Origin: Cyanophora paradoxa CCMP329
Taxonomy: Eukaryota; Plantae; Glaucophyta
DNA: 64,000 nucleotides
Direction of reading: 5' to 3'
NCBI GenBank assembly: GCA_004431415.1
Contig: QPMI01000061.1
Location: 1-64,000 of the forward strand
Numbering within the stretch: position 1 is the stretch's first letter; each line of letters opens with the position of its first letter. Under the pieces are notes generated by a model that was not told the DNA's origin, did no database searches, and saw only the letters and a program-made list of their open reading frames with translations. Shown piece by piece: positions 15,221 through 26,339 of this stretch. The translations under genes were made by a program, and so were the position numbers.

Positions 15221-17168
15221 ATGGCCGCCTTCGTTCAGCCGGTCCCGGGCAGGCTCCTGGCAAGTGAGCCGCCGCTGGCGCAGCGCGTGGAGCGCATCTG
15301 CCTTTCAGCCACAGCACCGCCCGCTCTCCGGCGAAGGAGTTTCGCCGGGGACAACGTGCGGCCTCAGTTTCAGGCCGCCATGAGGCCTGCAACGCGTCGC
15401 GCAGCTGTGCCGTTCAGCGCTTGTTGCGCCGCTGCGGCGCCGGCGGCGACGGTGGGAGACAGGTCCGTGGCGCCGCACGTGCAGGCGTCTTCTTTCCGTG
15501 ATACGCCTGTGGGCAGGACATACACCTGGCGCGGCCACCGCATTAAATACCAGCATGCCAAGGGCAGCGGTCCTGCTGTTTTGTGTGGTGTGTGCTGGCC
15601 CCGAGGTGCTCAGCAGCCCTTCCCTGACGCGCCAGGCCGCCAGTGCACGGCTTCGGCGCGCATTCTGGCCACTGGAGGAAAAACATGGCGGAGCTGAGCC
15701 AGGCGGGCTGGTACGGAACGGGTCGCTGCCGCTTGTCCGCATCGCGCAGCGCGGCCGCTCGCGCTGAGCTCGAGGGCGGCCCCGTCCGCAGCGACGTGTA
15801 CGCGATCGACCTGATCGGGTACGGCGGCTCGGACAAGCCGGCGCCCAGCGACGCCTTCCGCTATTCGATGGAGACGTGCGCGGGGCGGGGCGCGGGGGGC
15901 GGGGTGCGGGGCGTGCGGGGCGGGGGGCCGAGGCGGGGGCGGCAGGTGGGCGGCCCTCTGCCTCGACTTCGCGCGGGACGTCATCGGGCGGCCGCCCTTC
16001 ATGCGCGCCGCGCCCGCCCGCCCCCCCCGCGCGTGCCGGGGGCGAACGGGAGGGGGCTTGCAGAGCGGCGAACAGCATCGGGTGCGTGGTGGCGCTGCAG
16101 GCGGCGAAGGACGCGCCGGAGGCCCTCGCCGGCCTCGGCCTCCTCAACGTCTCCCTCCGCCTCCTCTCCGTCCAGAAGGCCAAGGCATCCGCAGACCGAG
16201 CAGCCGCCCCGCACCCGCCACGCGCGGGGGCGTGACGGCGGCGGGGCGCAGGACCTGCCGTGGATCCGGCGGGAGGGCGCCGGGCTCATGATGAAGGTGC
16301 TCAGCTACAAGCCCCTCGGTGGCGCCTTCTTCTCCTCGCTCGCCAAGCCCCAGGTCCTGCCCCGCCGCCCTCGCCGCCGGCCGCCGAGAGCCGACGGGGG
16401 CGGGGCAGACGGTGCGGAACGTGCTGCGGCAGGCGTACGCGCGGAAGGAGGCCGTGGACGACGAGGCGCGCGCCGCGCCCCCCGGCGCCCGCCCCCGCGC
16501 GACACCGCGCTGACGCGGGGCCGCGCTCGCGCTGGCAGCTGGTGGAGATGCTGCTGGGGCCGGCCCAGGACCCGGGCGCCCTCGACTCGTTCCTCGCCTT
16601 CATCACGTGCGCCGCGCCGCGGGGCGCCCCGCCCCGCGGGCGAGGGCGAGGCGGGGGCGGGCAGGTACAACACAGGGCCCATCCCGGAGGAGCTGCTGGA
16701 GGCAATCGCCCGCCACGAGCGCCCCCCGCCCGTCTTCATGGCCCGCCCCGCCGCCCCCGCCCCTGCCCCCGGCCTCGGCCCCGCCCGCCCCTCACCCCGC
16801 CCCCGCTGCAGGCGCACGGGGAGGAGGACCCCTGTGCGAGGGCCCCCGCCCCGGCCCCCGCCCCCTCCCCCGCCCCGCTGACGGCCCCCCGCGCAGGGGA
16901 ACCCCTCCGGCTCGCGCGGGCGTTCGAGGGGTACGAGGCCGTGCAGGAGTTCCGCACCCTCCCGGGGGTCGGCCACTGCCCGCAGGTGCCTCGCCCAGCT
17001 GCCTGCGCGAGGGCCGGCCCTCGATTGCGGTCTGCCGCTGAGCGCGGGCCGGGGGGCCGGGGGCGGCAGGACGAGGCGCCGGAGGTGGTGAACCCCCTCA
17101 TCCTCGAGTGGCTCGCCCGCGTGCACGGCCCGGCCGCCCTCTCCGGCCCAGCCTCCCCCGAGGCGTGA
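15221..17168 (+). CDS. Plastid alpha/beta-fold hydrolase (pheophytinase/CLD1-like family)
   Basis: Transit peptide MAAFVQPVP; VHGFGAHSGHWRKN, VYAIDLIGYGGSDKP, nucleophile ANSIG, GEEDPWEP, GVGHCPQDEAPEVVNP; 11 introns. Confidence 0.92.
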
Positions 17169-17645
17169 GCTCGAGGGCGTGGCTCCTCATGGCCACGCCG
17201 CCTCCGCGCCCTGGAACATGAATCGCGGTGCGGCGCGCATATGCAGCGGCTGGCAGCCCGCGGCCGCCCAACCTGCCAGCAGCCATGATGATCAATTTGC
17301 ACACTTCAATGCAATCTCAGATCTCATGCATGATCACGGTGACATATGCATTGTGGACGATTTGAATTAGCGTTCACATTATGCATGCATATGCGCACAA
17401 GTTTAATATGCGTATCATGATCATGATCACGCACCCCCCCTCGGAGCACAATCTCATTGAGCAGCCCATGCAGTGGCGCCAGCAGATTGAGGCTTGACTT
17501 TTAGATTCGCAACATATATATACAGCTCAGCTGGGCATCTCAGAGTCTGGTTTGCCCCCGCGTGCGCGAGCTTGAGACTGACCGCAGTCGACACGGTCCG
17601 CGACGGCGGCGCGCGCGAGCCTCTATCGATTAACCGCCTGCAAAG

Positions 17646-20588
17646 ATGGAAGAAGACGACGAGGTCGTAGAACGCGTCTTTGTAGGGATCGGAGCGCACC
17701 CAGCAGCCGCCCTCGTCTTGGGTATACTCCTTCAGCAGCCACAGGGCGCCAGCCTGACTGCGGATGAGCTGGCGGCCGTCGTTACATCGGGCGATATCGA
17801 AGTGCGCTGCCGGTGGACCCCAGCGGCGTTGCAGCACGCGGTCGCAGAAGTCCTGCATTCGTGGACGTCGACAAGACCGTTTCCCGTACAAATGGTCGAG
17901 CTATCTGGCGAAATTCGCTTCTCGACCGCCGAGACGGGCGCTCTCTTCACATCCGATGTGCGGCGTGGCCCCTGCCTGCTTCGCGTGCATGACGCCCGGC
18001 AGGCGATCCTGGAGTTCTATTCAGAGAAAGAGGCCCAGATAGAGCTGGAATCTGACGACGGCGACGGGGAGGCGGACCTCGCACAGGCAGAGGAGGGACT
18101 GGGAGCGGAGCGCGCGGCCGACGAGAACGGCCGGCGGCTCTCGGACGACGACGAGCTGGTGGACCTCATGCCTCTCAACAGATCCTCGCCGTCCAAGCAG
18201 GAGGACGGAGAGCGGGACGCGGATTCGCAGTTGAAGAGGATCCGCGCGCGGCTTGCACAGCAGGCCCGCGCCGCTCCGCTCGCCCCGCGCCGCCACCCCG
18301 AGCGCGCAGCTCACCGCGCCGCAGACCGTGTACGTGATTCTGCGGGCGTGGCGGGAGGACCCGTCGCTGTGGCTCGACCGGGACGAGATCGCGAACGTGG
18401 GTGCCTGCGGGGCGGGGCTCGCGCGGGGACCGACGGGGCGGGGCGGGGCGGCAGCGGGGCGTGGAGTACGGGGTGTGGGAGGAGGCGAGCGTGGCGGAGA
18501 CGGTGCGGCGGAGCCTGGGGCGGACCTTCGACTTCTCGGACGCGTCGACGCCGGTGCAGAAGGACCGGACGGGCCTGCGCTACCAGGCGCGCCAGTGGGC
18601 CGCACTCTCCGATCTCGGGGCCAAACTCGCAGAGGCTCTCTCCCTCCCCCCGCCGCCCCCCGTCCCCGACCTCCCCCTCCCCGCCCCCGACGAGCCCGCC
18701 CCGGACCCGCCCCGCAAGAAGCCTGGCCCCAAGCCCAAGGGCGCCGGGGGCGGCAAGCCGGGGCCCAAGCCGAAGGCGGCGGCGGCCGGCTCCTCGTCGG
18801 GCAACGGCGTGGCGCCGCTGATCAGCCTGGAGGGGGCGGGGGCGGACGAGGCGCCCGGGGAGGGGGAGAAGGGGGAGAAGGAGGGGAAGCCGGTGATCGT
18901 GCGGCGTCCGACGGCGGACGAGATCGTGCGGCACCTGCGGCCGACGCTGCGCCGCGTCCTCTACGTCTTCCTCCTCCGCCCCGCCGAGCGCATGCCCCTC
19001 TCCAGGGCCTGGGAGGTGCCCGCCCCCGGCCCCCGACCCCGTGCGCGCCGGCGGGGGCGCCTCTGATCTGGGCCGGGGCAGGCGGCGGTGGCGCTGGGGG
19101 TCGCGGAGGGCTCCACGGAGGCCCTCCAGCTCATCCTCTCCCAGGCCCGCCGCTTCAAGTTCGACAAGTTCGGCCTCGGCGCGCCCCGCCCCGCCCCGGC
19201 CCCCGCCCCCGCCCCGGCCCCCCTCACCCCGGGCCCGCAGAGTTCCCCTTCGTGGGCCCCGTGCAGGGCGGGTACACGGCGGCGGAGTGGGTGCCGGGCC
19301 TGCTGGAGGCCGAGGAGCTGCGCCGACGCCTCGACGACCCCGAGGCCATCACGCGCGCCCCGCCGCCCCCGCCCGCCCGCCCCGCCCCCTGACTGACCCC
19401 CCGCCCCGCGCAGCCTCCCCGTCGTCAACCACATCCAGTCGCACCACGAGAAGCGGGGGAAGGAGGAGGGGAAGGACAAGAAGGAGGGCGGGGCGGGGCG
19501 CGCCCACAAGAAGCCCCGCGTGAGCGCCCCCGGGGCCCTCGCCGCCGGCACCTCCGCCCCCGTCCCGCTCCCCCCCGGCGTCCTCCGCTTCCTCGGGGCC
19601 CCCGCCGGCAAGGAGGAGGCCGCGCCGGCGGGGCCGGCCCCCGCCGCCTCGCAGGAGGGCCGCGGCGGCTGGGAGGCGCCCCCGATCGGGCCGCCGCCGG
19701 GGGAGGCGGTGCTGGTGCGCTTCAGGCGGCCGGTGCCCGGGGCGGCGACGCACCACGTCTACTGCGACGCCGGCTGGCGCTTCGAGGACGTGCTGCAGGC
19801 GGTGCGGCGCGAGACGGGCGTCCCCGACATCGCCGCCCTCGTCGCCGCCGACGGCTCCTCCTCCTCCCGCCTCCCCGACCTGCTGCTCGCCGCCAGCGCC
19901 GGCCACACGCACACCTTCCGCGCCGTCACCCGCGCCGAGCTGCGCGCCTGCGACGAGCCCGACGAGGCCGCCCCCGCGCTGGTCCGCGTCCAGCGCCCCG
20001 GCGACCCGACGTGGACGCGCCTCCTCTGCCGGCGGGGCATGGGGATGGAGGAGCTGCTGGGGGCGGTGCGGGGGAAGCTGCGGGCGCCTGGGGTGGCGGC
20101 GCTGGTGGACGGCGAGGGGGGCCGCGTGCCCGGCGTGGAGGAGCTGCTGGCGAGCCCGCGGGAGGCCTTCACCGCCCTCACGGAGGCCGAGCTCTGGTCC
20201 GGCGACCTCCAGCGCCTCCTCCCCGCCCGTCAGCCCCCGCAGGCGCCCCCCGGGGGCAGCCCCGGCGCCAGCGCCAGCGCCGCCGCCGCCGCCGCCGCCC
20301 ACGCCCTCCAGCAGCAGGCCCAGCACGCGGTGCGCCCTCCGCCCCCGCCCTCCCCTCTCCCGGGGCGGCCGCTGACGGGGCGCGGGGGCGCAGGCGGTGG
20401 CGGCGCACGCGGTGGCGATGCAGTCGCACGTGATGCACACGGCGCAGGCGGCGCAGGCGGCGCAGGCGGCGGCGCAGCAGGGCGTGCCCCCGGGGGCCGC
20501 CATGCTCGCCATGGTCCCCCACGAGGCCTACTACCCGCACGCCCTCGCCGCCGCCCACTTCGCCGCCGCCCAGGCCGGGCGCATGTAG
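17646..20588 (+). CDS. Hypothetical nuclear protein: three putative winged-helix repeats, two KPGPKPK motifs, two beta-grasp-like repeats, Ala/Gln/His-rich tail
   Basis: Continuous spliced ORF from ATG 17646 to TAG 20588 across 6 short introns. Domain calls are by eye only. Confidence 0.7.
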
Positions 20589-21230
20589 CCCCGGCAACCC
20601 GCCACCCCCTCTAGACCCTTCTCCGCGCCTCCGCGCAACTAGTTCCCTTCTCAAGGCCTAGGCCTTTTATATCTCCACCTGGGAGAGTCTGCAGATCAGT
20701 TAACGTCGCCTTGTAGTATTCGGCGGCGAATACTATGGCAGGGCTCGCCGTGACGAGATCCCTGGGACCCGCAGTTGGGCCGGTGGGTCCAGCTTCGAAT
20801 GCGATCTAAAGCTAGCGCAGCTGCAGGCTTGCCTGGGCGCTGGGCAACGTCGCACCGGCTTGCCACTGGGGAGCAGGGGTGGAGGCCGAAGTGGTATTGA
20901 CATTCAATGATTCACACAAGAACACGAGGCCGAGCACATTTACAGCTGCGGGGGTCCGGGTTGCTGTGGAGGGGGTAAGCGGGAGAGCTGGGCCCGACGG
21001 CCTCCGAAGGCCCCGGGGATACTGGCGGGCAGGGAGATGGTGGGCGGAAGACCGGGCCGGGCACGCGTTGAAGCCCGTGGCCCAGTGGAGAGCGGGCGCG
21101 CCGGCGCCGCGTAGGGCATGCGTACGTAGAATCATGTGATCATGAGGTCCAGCGGTGCCATTAAACCATATTGCATGGCCGCCGCGCTTGTTTGCTGGCC
21201 ATGGCCGAAGGGCGGGCGTCTGGCCGCCGC

Positions 21231-21485
21231 TTATCCGCAACGCGGCGCGCCCACAACAGTGCCGTTTTCTTTCGAGACGAAGATCCGGACGCGGTCTAGA
21301 CGGTAGTCCCGCGTGCACATTGAGCCCGCCGGCAGTACGTACGTCTTCAGCTCGGGGCGCTCGGCCTTGATGCGCTGCTCCGCCTCCGCGCCTGACACGC
21401 GAGGTCAGGCGCAGGCGACAGTGCAGCCATAGGACCGACCTGACAAGCCGACCACCTCCGGCCACTCCCTTTTCTCTCTCTCCAT
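21231..21485 (-). CDS. Potato inhibitor I (I13) serine-protease inhibitor, no signal peptide, P1 Arg
   Basis: Two exons give MEREKREWPEVVGLSGAEAEQRIKAERPELKTYVLPAGSMCTRDYRLDRVRIFVSKENGTVVGAPRCG*, with the hallmark WPExVG, DYRxDRVRIF and PRxG. Not represented as a gene in the ORF track. Confidence 0.93.
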
Positions 21486-21649
21486 GGCTGGTTTTGAGCT
21501 TTCTCGCGTTGAACGCGTTCGACGCTGAGGGTACACCCACACGGGATGAGGGTACACGAATCTAACACAGACCCTCCACGAGGCCTGTTGAGACTTCAGA
21601 CGCTCCGGCGCCGGCCTTTTCAGAGCACAAAAGCGCCTCACGTGATTCG

Positions 21650-22093
21650 ATGAAGCGGTCGGTCATCCTCGCCGCTGTCGTCCTGATCGCTTCACTGGCT
21701 GTGGCCTCCGCCGTCAAGCCGGGCCGCCGCCTCATGGTCGAGGACGACGAACAGCGGAAGTCCGAGTGGCCCGAGCTCGTAGGTGCTGCTTTGTCTAGCC
21801 TCTTGTTGCATTCCAAGTCTCCAGCTGCGCAGTCTTAGTCATGCGCGCAGGGCTCGCCGTCGAGGACGCGAAGGCCTTGCTGGAAGCAGAAGGCATCAGC
21901 AAAGTCCAGGTTGTGCCGGAGGGCAGCATGGTGCGCCTGCGCCTACGCCACCTCCTGACCTCCTTGGCCTGAGCCTGCAGCTGGCGCCTATCGCTGACCT
22001 CGCTACGCACAGGTGACGATGGATTGGAACGAGGAGAGGGTCCGCTTGTTCGCTTCAGAGGGCAAGGTCTCGCAGGTCCCGCGGCGCGGGTGA
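21650..22093 (+). CDS. Potato inhibitor I (I13) serine-protease inhibitor, secreted, P1 Met
   Basis: Three exons: MKRSVILAAVVLIASLAVASA (signal peptide)...KSEWPELVGLAVEDAKALLEAEGISKVQVVPEGSMVTMDWNEERVRLFASEGKVSQVPRRG*. Confidence 0.93.
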
Positions 22094-22598
22094 TCGCTCT
22101 TCGCCCGTCCGATGGTCTTCAAGGCCTCTCTGAGCACCATCCGGCGTCCGCTTGTACAGGCTCTAGCCTAGGCCTAGCCCCTCTCTATAGATAAATCGTT
22201 TCCCTTCCGAGGCTCGCCCCACCCTCGCCCAGGCCTCGCAATTCAGTGATTTGTAGCAGAAAAACATGCATATGAGGATTCGAAATACAAACCTATAGCT
22301 AATAGCTGCTGTATAAAATCTGCACTGCGCATCTCATTAGCCGCATTGGCCGAACAGCCATGCCAGAAGAGCCTAACAACTCGCAAGAATATGACGAAAC
22401 GAGCTATATGCGATCAATTTCTATAGCTATCTGCAAGCGTTCCAGTGTACACAGGGATAAGTCGCTGCACAGGGCAGGTGTCGCTGCCTAAAGAAAGAGC
22501 ACGCCAAAAGAAAGCGGAGAGATGCGAGGGGGGCGGTACTGGACAGCAAAGCGCAAACGCGAAAAAAGGAGAAAGTGGCGAAGTACAGGAAGAGTCTA

Positions 22599-25286
22599 TC
22601 AGGGGAAGGCGAAGGTCGGGGTGGCGATGCCGGCGGGGGTGGCGGAGGAGAGGAAGAAGGAGGGCGTGAAGGGGCTCGGGGCCGGCGGCTCCAGGGGCGC
22701 CAGGGGCGGGCTGGAGCGCAGGAGGGAGATGGGGGGCAGCTGGGCGGACTTGGCCCCGGGGTCGGGCCCGGGCGGCTCTTCGGGCAGGGAGGAGAGGCTG
22801 GGGAGCTCGGTGGGGGTATCCAGGGCGCTCGGGGCGCTCCATGGGGCCCCCTCCTTCCCTGCCCCGCGCCCCGAGAGGGCCTCCACCCGCGCGTGCTTCC
22901 CCACCGGCGGCGGCGCCCCGCAAGGCTCCGCCAGCGCCGCCCTCCCCGGGGCCGACTCCTCGGGCGAGCTGCGCGGGCCCCTGCCGCCCCGGCGCGTCGG
23001 CGCGGCGCGCGGGCGGCGAGGAAAGGGCGGGGCGCACGAGGAGCTCGAGGCGTCGTCCGAGGGGGACGGCGTGCGGGGCGCGCTGGCGGGGCCGCGCGAG
23101 GGCCCGCCTCGGGGCGAGGGCCGGGGCCCAGGCGGCGGCGGCGGCGGCGAGGTCCGGGGCGGACTGCGAGTGCAGGTGGCCCTGCATCCCCTGCATCGCC
23201 CGCAGGGGCGCCGCCTCCAGGCCGCCCGGCGCGTGCGGCACGGAGGCCGGACGCGCCAGCATCCGCCGCCCTGGGCGCCCGGCGGGGAGAGCGGCGGCGT
23301 GGCCGAGGGCGTGCTGCTCTCGCTCTGGGTGGAGGGCGGGCCGGCCGCCTCGCCGCCCTCGTCGGGCCGGTCGCGGCGGCGCTTGCGGGGGCGGGCCAGC
23401 GGCTGATGCCGATGTCGCGGGCGATCTGGCGCAGGGCCGACTGGGAAACCCGAGGCGCTCCGACGCCTCCTTCAGCGGCAGGTGCAGCACCGCCTCCACC
23501 GCCTCCCGCGGCGCCTGCCTCGCCCCCGCCCCGCCGCCGGCGGCGCCAGCGGGGCCGCCGACACGGCTGCCGGGGGTGGGGCGGCGGGGCGACGGCGGAG
23601 GCTGCGGCGGCGGCGGCGAGGGCGAGCTGGGCGGAGTGGACGCGGTGGAACTGGTGGCGCTCGAGCTCCGCCTGGAACGCCTGCGTCTGCTGCCACGCCG
23701 ACACCGCCGGCAGCTGCGCCCCGCCCGGCAGCGCCGGCACGCCCCCGGGGCCCGGCGGCGCCGAGCGCGGTCGCCCGGCGGCAGCGGCGGCGGCGGCGTC
23801 GAGGGCGCCGCCGCCGAGGAGGGGCCAGCCGAAGAGGCCGGTTTGGAGCATGGGGTGGATAAGGGAGGCGGCCGGCTGGGGGAACTGGGAGTGGGGTGGG
23901 GGCGGCAGGGGGCCGGGACCCGAAGCGTGGAGGCAGGCGGCGGACGGAGGCCAGGAGGGGGGCACCTCGGGCGAGGCGGACGTAGAGGTCGTGGCCGTAC
24001 CGCAGTCGCTCCCGCCGGCGCTGCTCGCGCTGCTGCTGCCGCCGTTGCTCGTGTCGGGCACGCGGTGCTCGGTCGCCCCCGCACCGGGCTGCGAGGCGCG
24101 CGGGAGGGGCGCCCCGCGGGGCGGCCCGGTGTGCAGCTCGACGACCAGCAGCTCCGTGGTCTCCGCGGCGGTGACTGTCGCGCAGCGCGGCCCGTGCGCG
24201 CGGCTGTGCAGCATCGCCGACTCCCCCGCGGCGTCGCCGGGAAGCAGCAGGCTCCCGAACTTGTACACGTCGTCCTTGGCGATGCGGAGGGCGCCGGAGA
24301 GGACGACGAAGCAGGCCCCGCCGGGGTCGCCCCGCGCGAAGACCGTGGAGGAGGGCGCGAGGTGCGTGACGACGGCGGAGCGCCATATGATGTGGAAGAC
24401 GTCGGCGAACTTGCGGAAGAAGGGGACCTGCTCGAGGTCCAGCCACGCGTCCCCCGCCATCTGAGCGGTCCGCTGCCCTGGCTTCGTCCCGAACAGAGTC
24501 TTCACCGTCGGCGTCATCACCGACGCTGTAAAGATGGGCAGCTCCGTCGGCGCCCGCTCCCGCGCCGGCAGCGGCGGCATCTGCGCCAGCTTCGACAGGA
24601 TAGTCTCCACTTGCACGCGATCCAGCTCCGCCGGCCTGCGTGCGCTCCTGCATTCAGATGCGTCCTCGCGGGGCGAAGACCTGCCCAGGAAGCCCTGGCG
24701 AACCGTGCGGCGAACAGGACGATGACTCGCGAAACTGCGCCGCCTGGCGGTGCGAGCGGGATGGCGAGCGCCTGCGCGCATTCAGAGTTAGCTCATTGAC
24801 CGCTCTGGATGCAGATTCCCTGAAGATGCCGTCGGACCTGTCGCAGGCCGGCCCGGCGAGCGTTCGATGTTCGGGAGAACAACTTCGCCGGCAGGACTGA
24901 TACATCGGTCTCCCAGACAACGTGGTTGGTTTCCGCACATCTACCTACAATATCCATGCCCTCGGCAAACTTGATTGACCTGCGGGGCGGTGAGGGACCG
25001 GGCGCGAGCGAGCGGCTGGCTGTGCGGCACCTGCTGGATTCTTTGAATTCTGCTAGTTGTACAGCACGTTCTGAAAGCACCGACGATGACAACCAGCCCT
25101 CCGGGGAGCAGAAAAAGAGGGCATTGCCCTCGCCCACGGCGGATGCGTTGCGCTCCCACGCTTCTCCTGCACGGCGAGACGATTAGGATGCGATGCGCCG
25201 CGCCAAATCGCCGGCGGCCAAAGGGCCGCACCATACACATAGCCGTGGCGCGCCCCGCATTCCTCCAATATTGCGTTTATACCCAT
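22599..25286 (-). CDS. RWP-RK transcription factor with N-terminal GAF-like domain and central cyclic-nucleotide-binding domain (apparent frameshifts in the 3' half)
   Basis: GAF-like: ILEECGARHGYVYGEAW...FKESSRSIKFAEGMDIVGRCAETNHVVWETDV...ARRAGLRQALAIPL. cNMP: VFARGDPGGACFVVLSG...GESAMLHSRAHGPRCATV. RWP-RK: LHLPLKEASERLG(V)SQSALRQIARDIGISRWP. Confidence 0.85.
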
Positions 25287-25501
25287 TGCGCGCTACTCGT
25301 GGTTAACGCGTGGTTGTGCCGCGCTTCATCGGCGGCGGCGGCGGCCGCGGGATGGCGCAGAGCTGGCGCCGGACTCTGTAGTCTCGATAGAGGTTGTACC
25401 CCACCTCCCCAAGTCGAGCGGCTGAGAGCGATCGGTCCTCACTGTGCTTGTGAAAGTGCGACAAGGTCGGTTGGAAGCGTCCTTGATCTTACGATTACTA
25501 A

Positions 25502-25696
25502 GTTAGCCAGGGCGCCGGCGTCCTTGATCTGCGATTACGATCGTAACTAGCTATAGGACGCCTTAGCTTTTGATCTGCGATTACGATTACTAAGCTTTTT
25601 AAGTTCAACGCCGTGACGGTTAGCCAGGGCGTCCTTGATCTGCGATTACGATCGTAACTATAGCTAGCTATAGGACGCCTTAGCTTTTGATCTGCG
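25502..25696. repeat. Imperfect direct repeat of about 78 bp (25502-25579, 25619-25696), each copy hairpin-forming
   Basis: gttagccagggc...gtccttgatctgcgattacgatcgtaac...ctataggacgccttagcttttgatctgcg occurs twice. Each copy has ggcgtcct/aggacgcc arms around the palindrome ttacgatcgtaa. Confidence 0.85.
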
Positions 25697-25919
25697 CATA
25701 GCGCATAGCCCCCTAGGGCCCGGCTGGCCAGTTCGCTGGTGGGCTGGGCCCGCGGCCGCGGCGGCCGCAGTGTACATTCCCACACTTGTAGCCCGGACCT
25801 GCGTTTTGAGTACGTGTCCAAATGCGAACTGCACACTGACTTGCCGTAACCTCGGCGAATCCAAGATCCTGCAGCTCTAGATCCGGAGCGGAGGCTCGAG
25901 GCCCAGGGCGACTCACGTA

Positions 25920-26066
25920 GCTATAGTGTTGCACGTCGCACGTTAAACTAAAAGCCGCGCGTTAAACTAACACTGCGGTACTAGCTAAAGCTATAGTGTT
26001 GCACGTCGCACGTTTAACAACACCGTACGCGTGCACAGTTCAACAAATTAAACTAAAAGCCGCGCG
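25920..26066. repeat. Short intergenic direct repeats
   Basis: gctatagtgttgcacgtcgcacgtt occurs twice and taaactaaaagccgcgcg occurs twice. Confidence 0.8.
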
Positions 26067-26339
26067 CGCGCAGCCCCGGCCGCACTGCGGCAGCGCCGCG
26101 GCGCACGTCGCGTGCGGCGCCGGCGCGCGGCGCGCGCCGCAGTGCGCGGGCCGTTGATCGCCGAGCCGGATGCAGCGTTGGCTGCAGCTGCAGCTTCTGC
26201 CGCGTCGGGGGGCCCGGCCGGCGCGCGGCGGGCCGGCGCCTGGAAAATGCGAACTTCCACCGGACCTTGCAATCGAAGCGGAGATATGGAACGTAGAAAC
26301 GACTGTGCACCGCGGCGGCCGCGATCGCGGGGCGTGGCG

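Noticed and set aside
20812-21140. Short ORFs downstream of the minus-strand inhibitor gene
   Set aside because: No ATG-led model, atypical codon usage and no motif.
25480-25700. CRISPR-like repeat-spacer appearance
   Set aside because: Only two long imperfect copies, no regular unique spacers, no cas genes, and a eukaryotic context.
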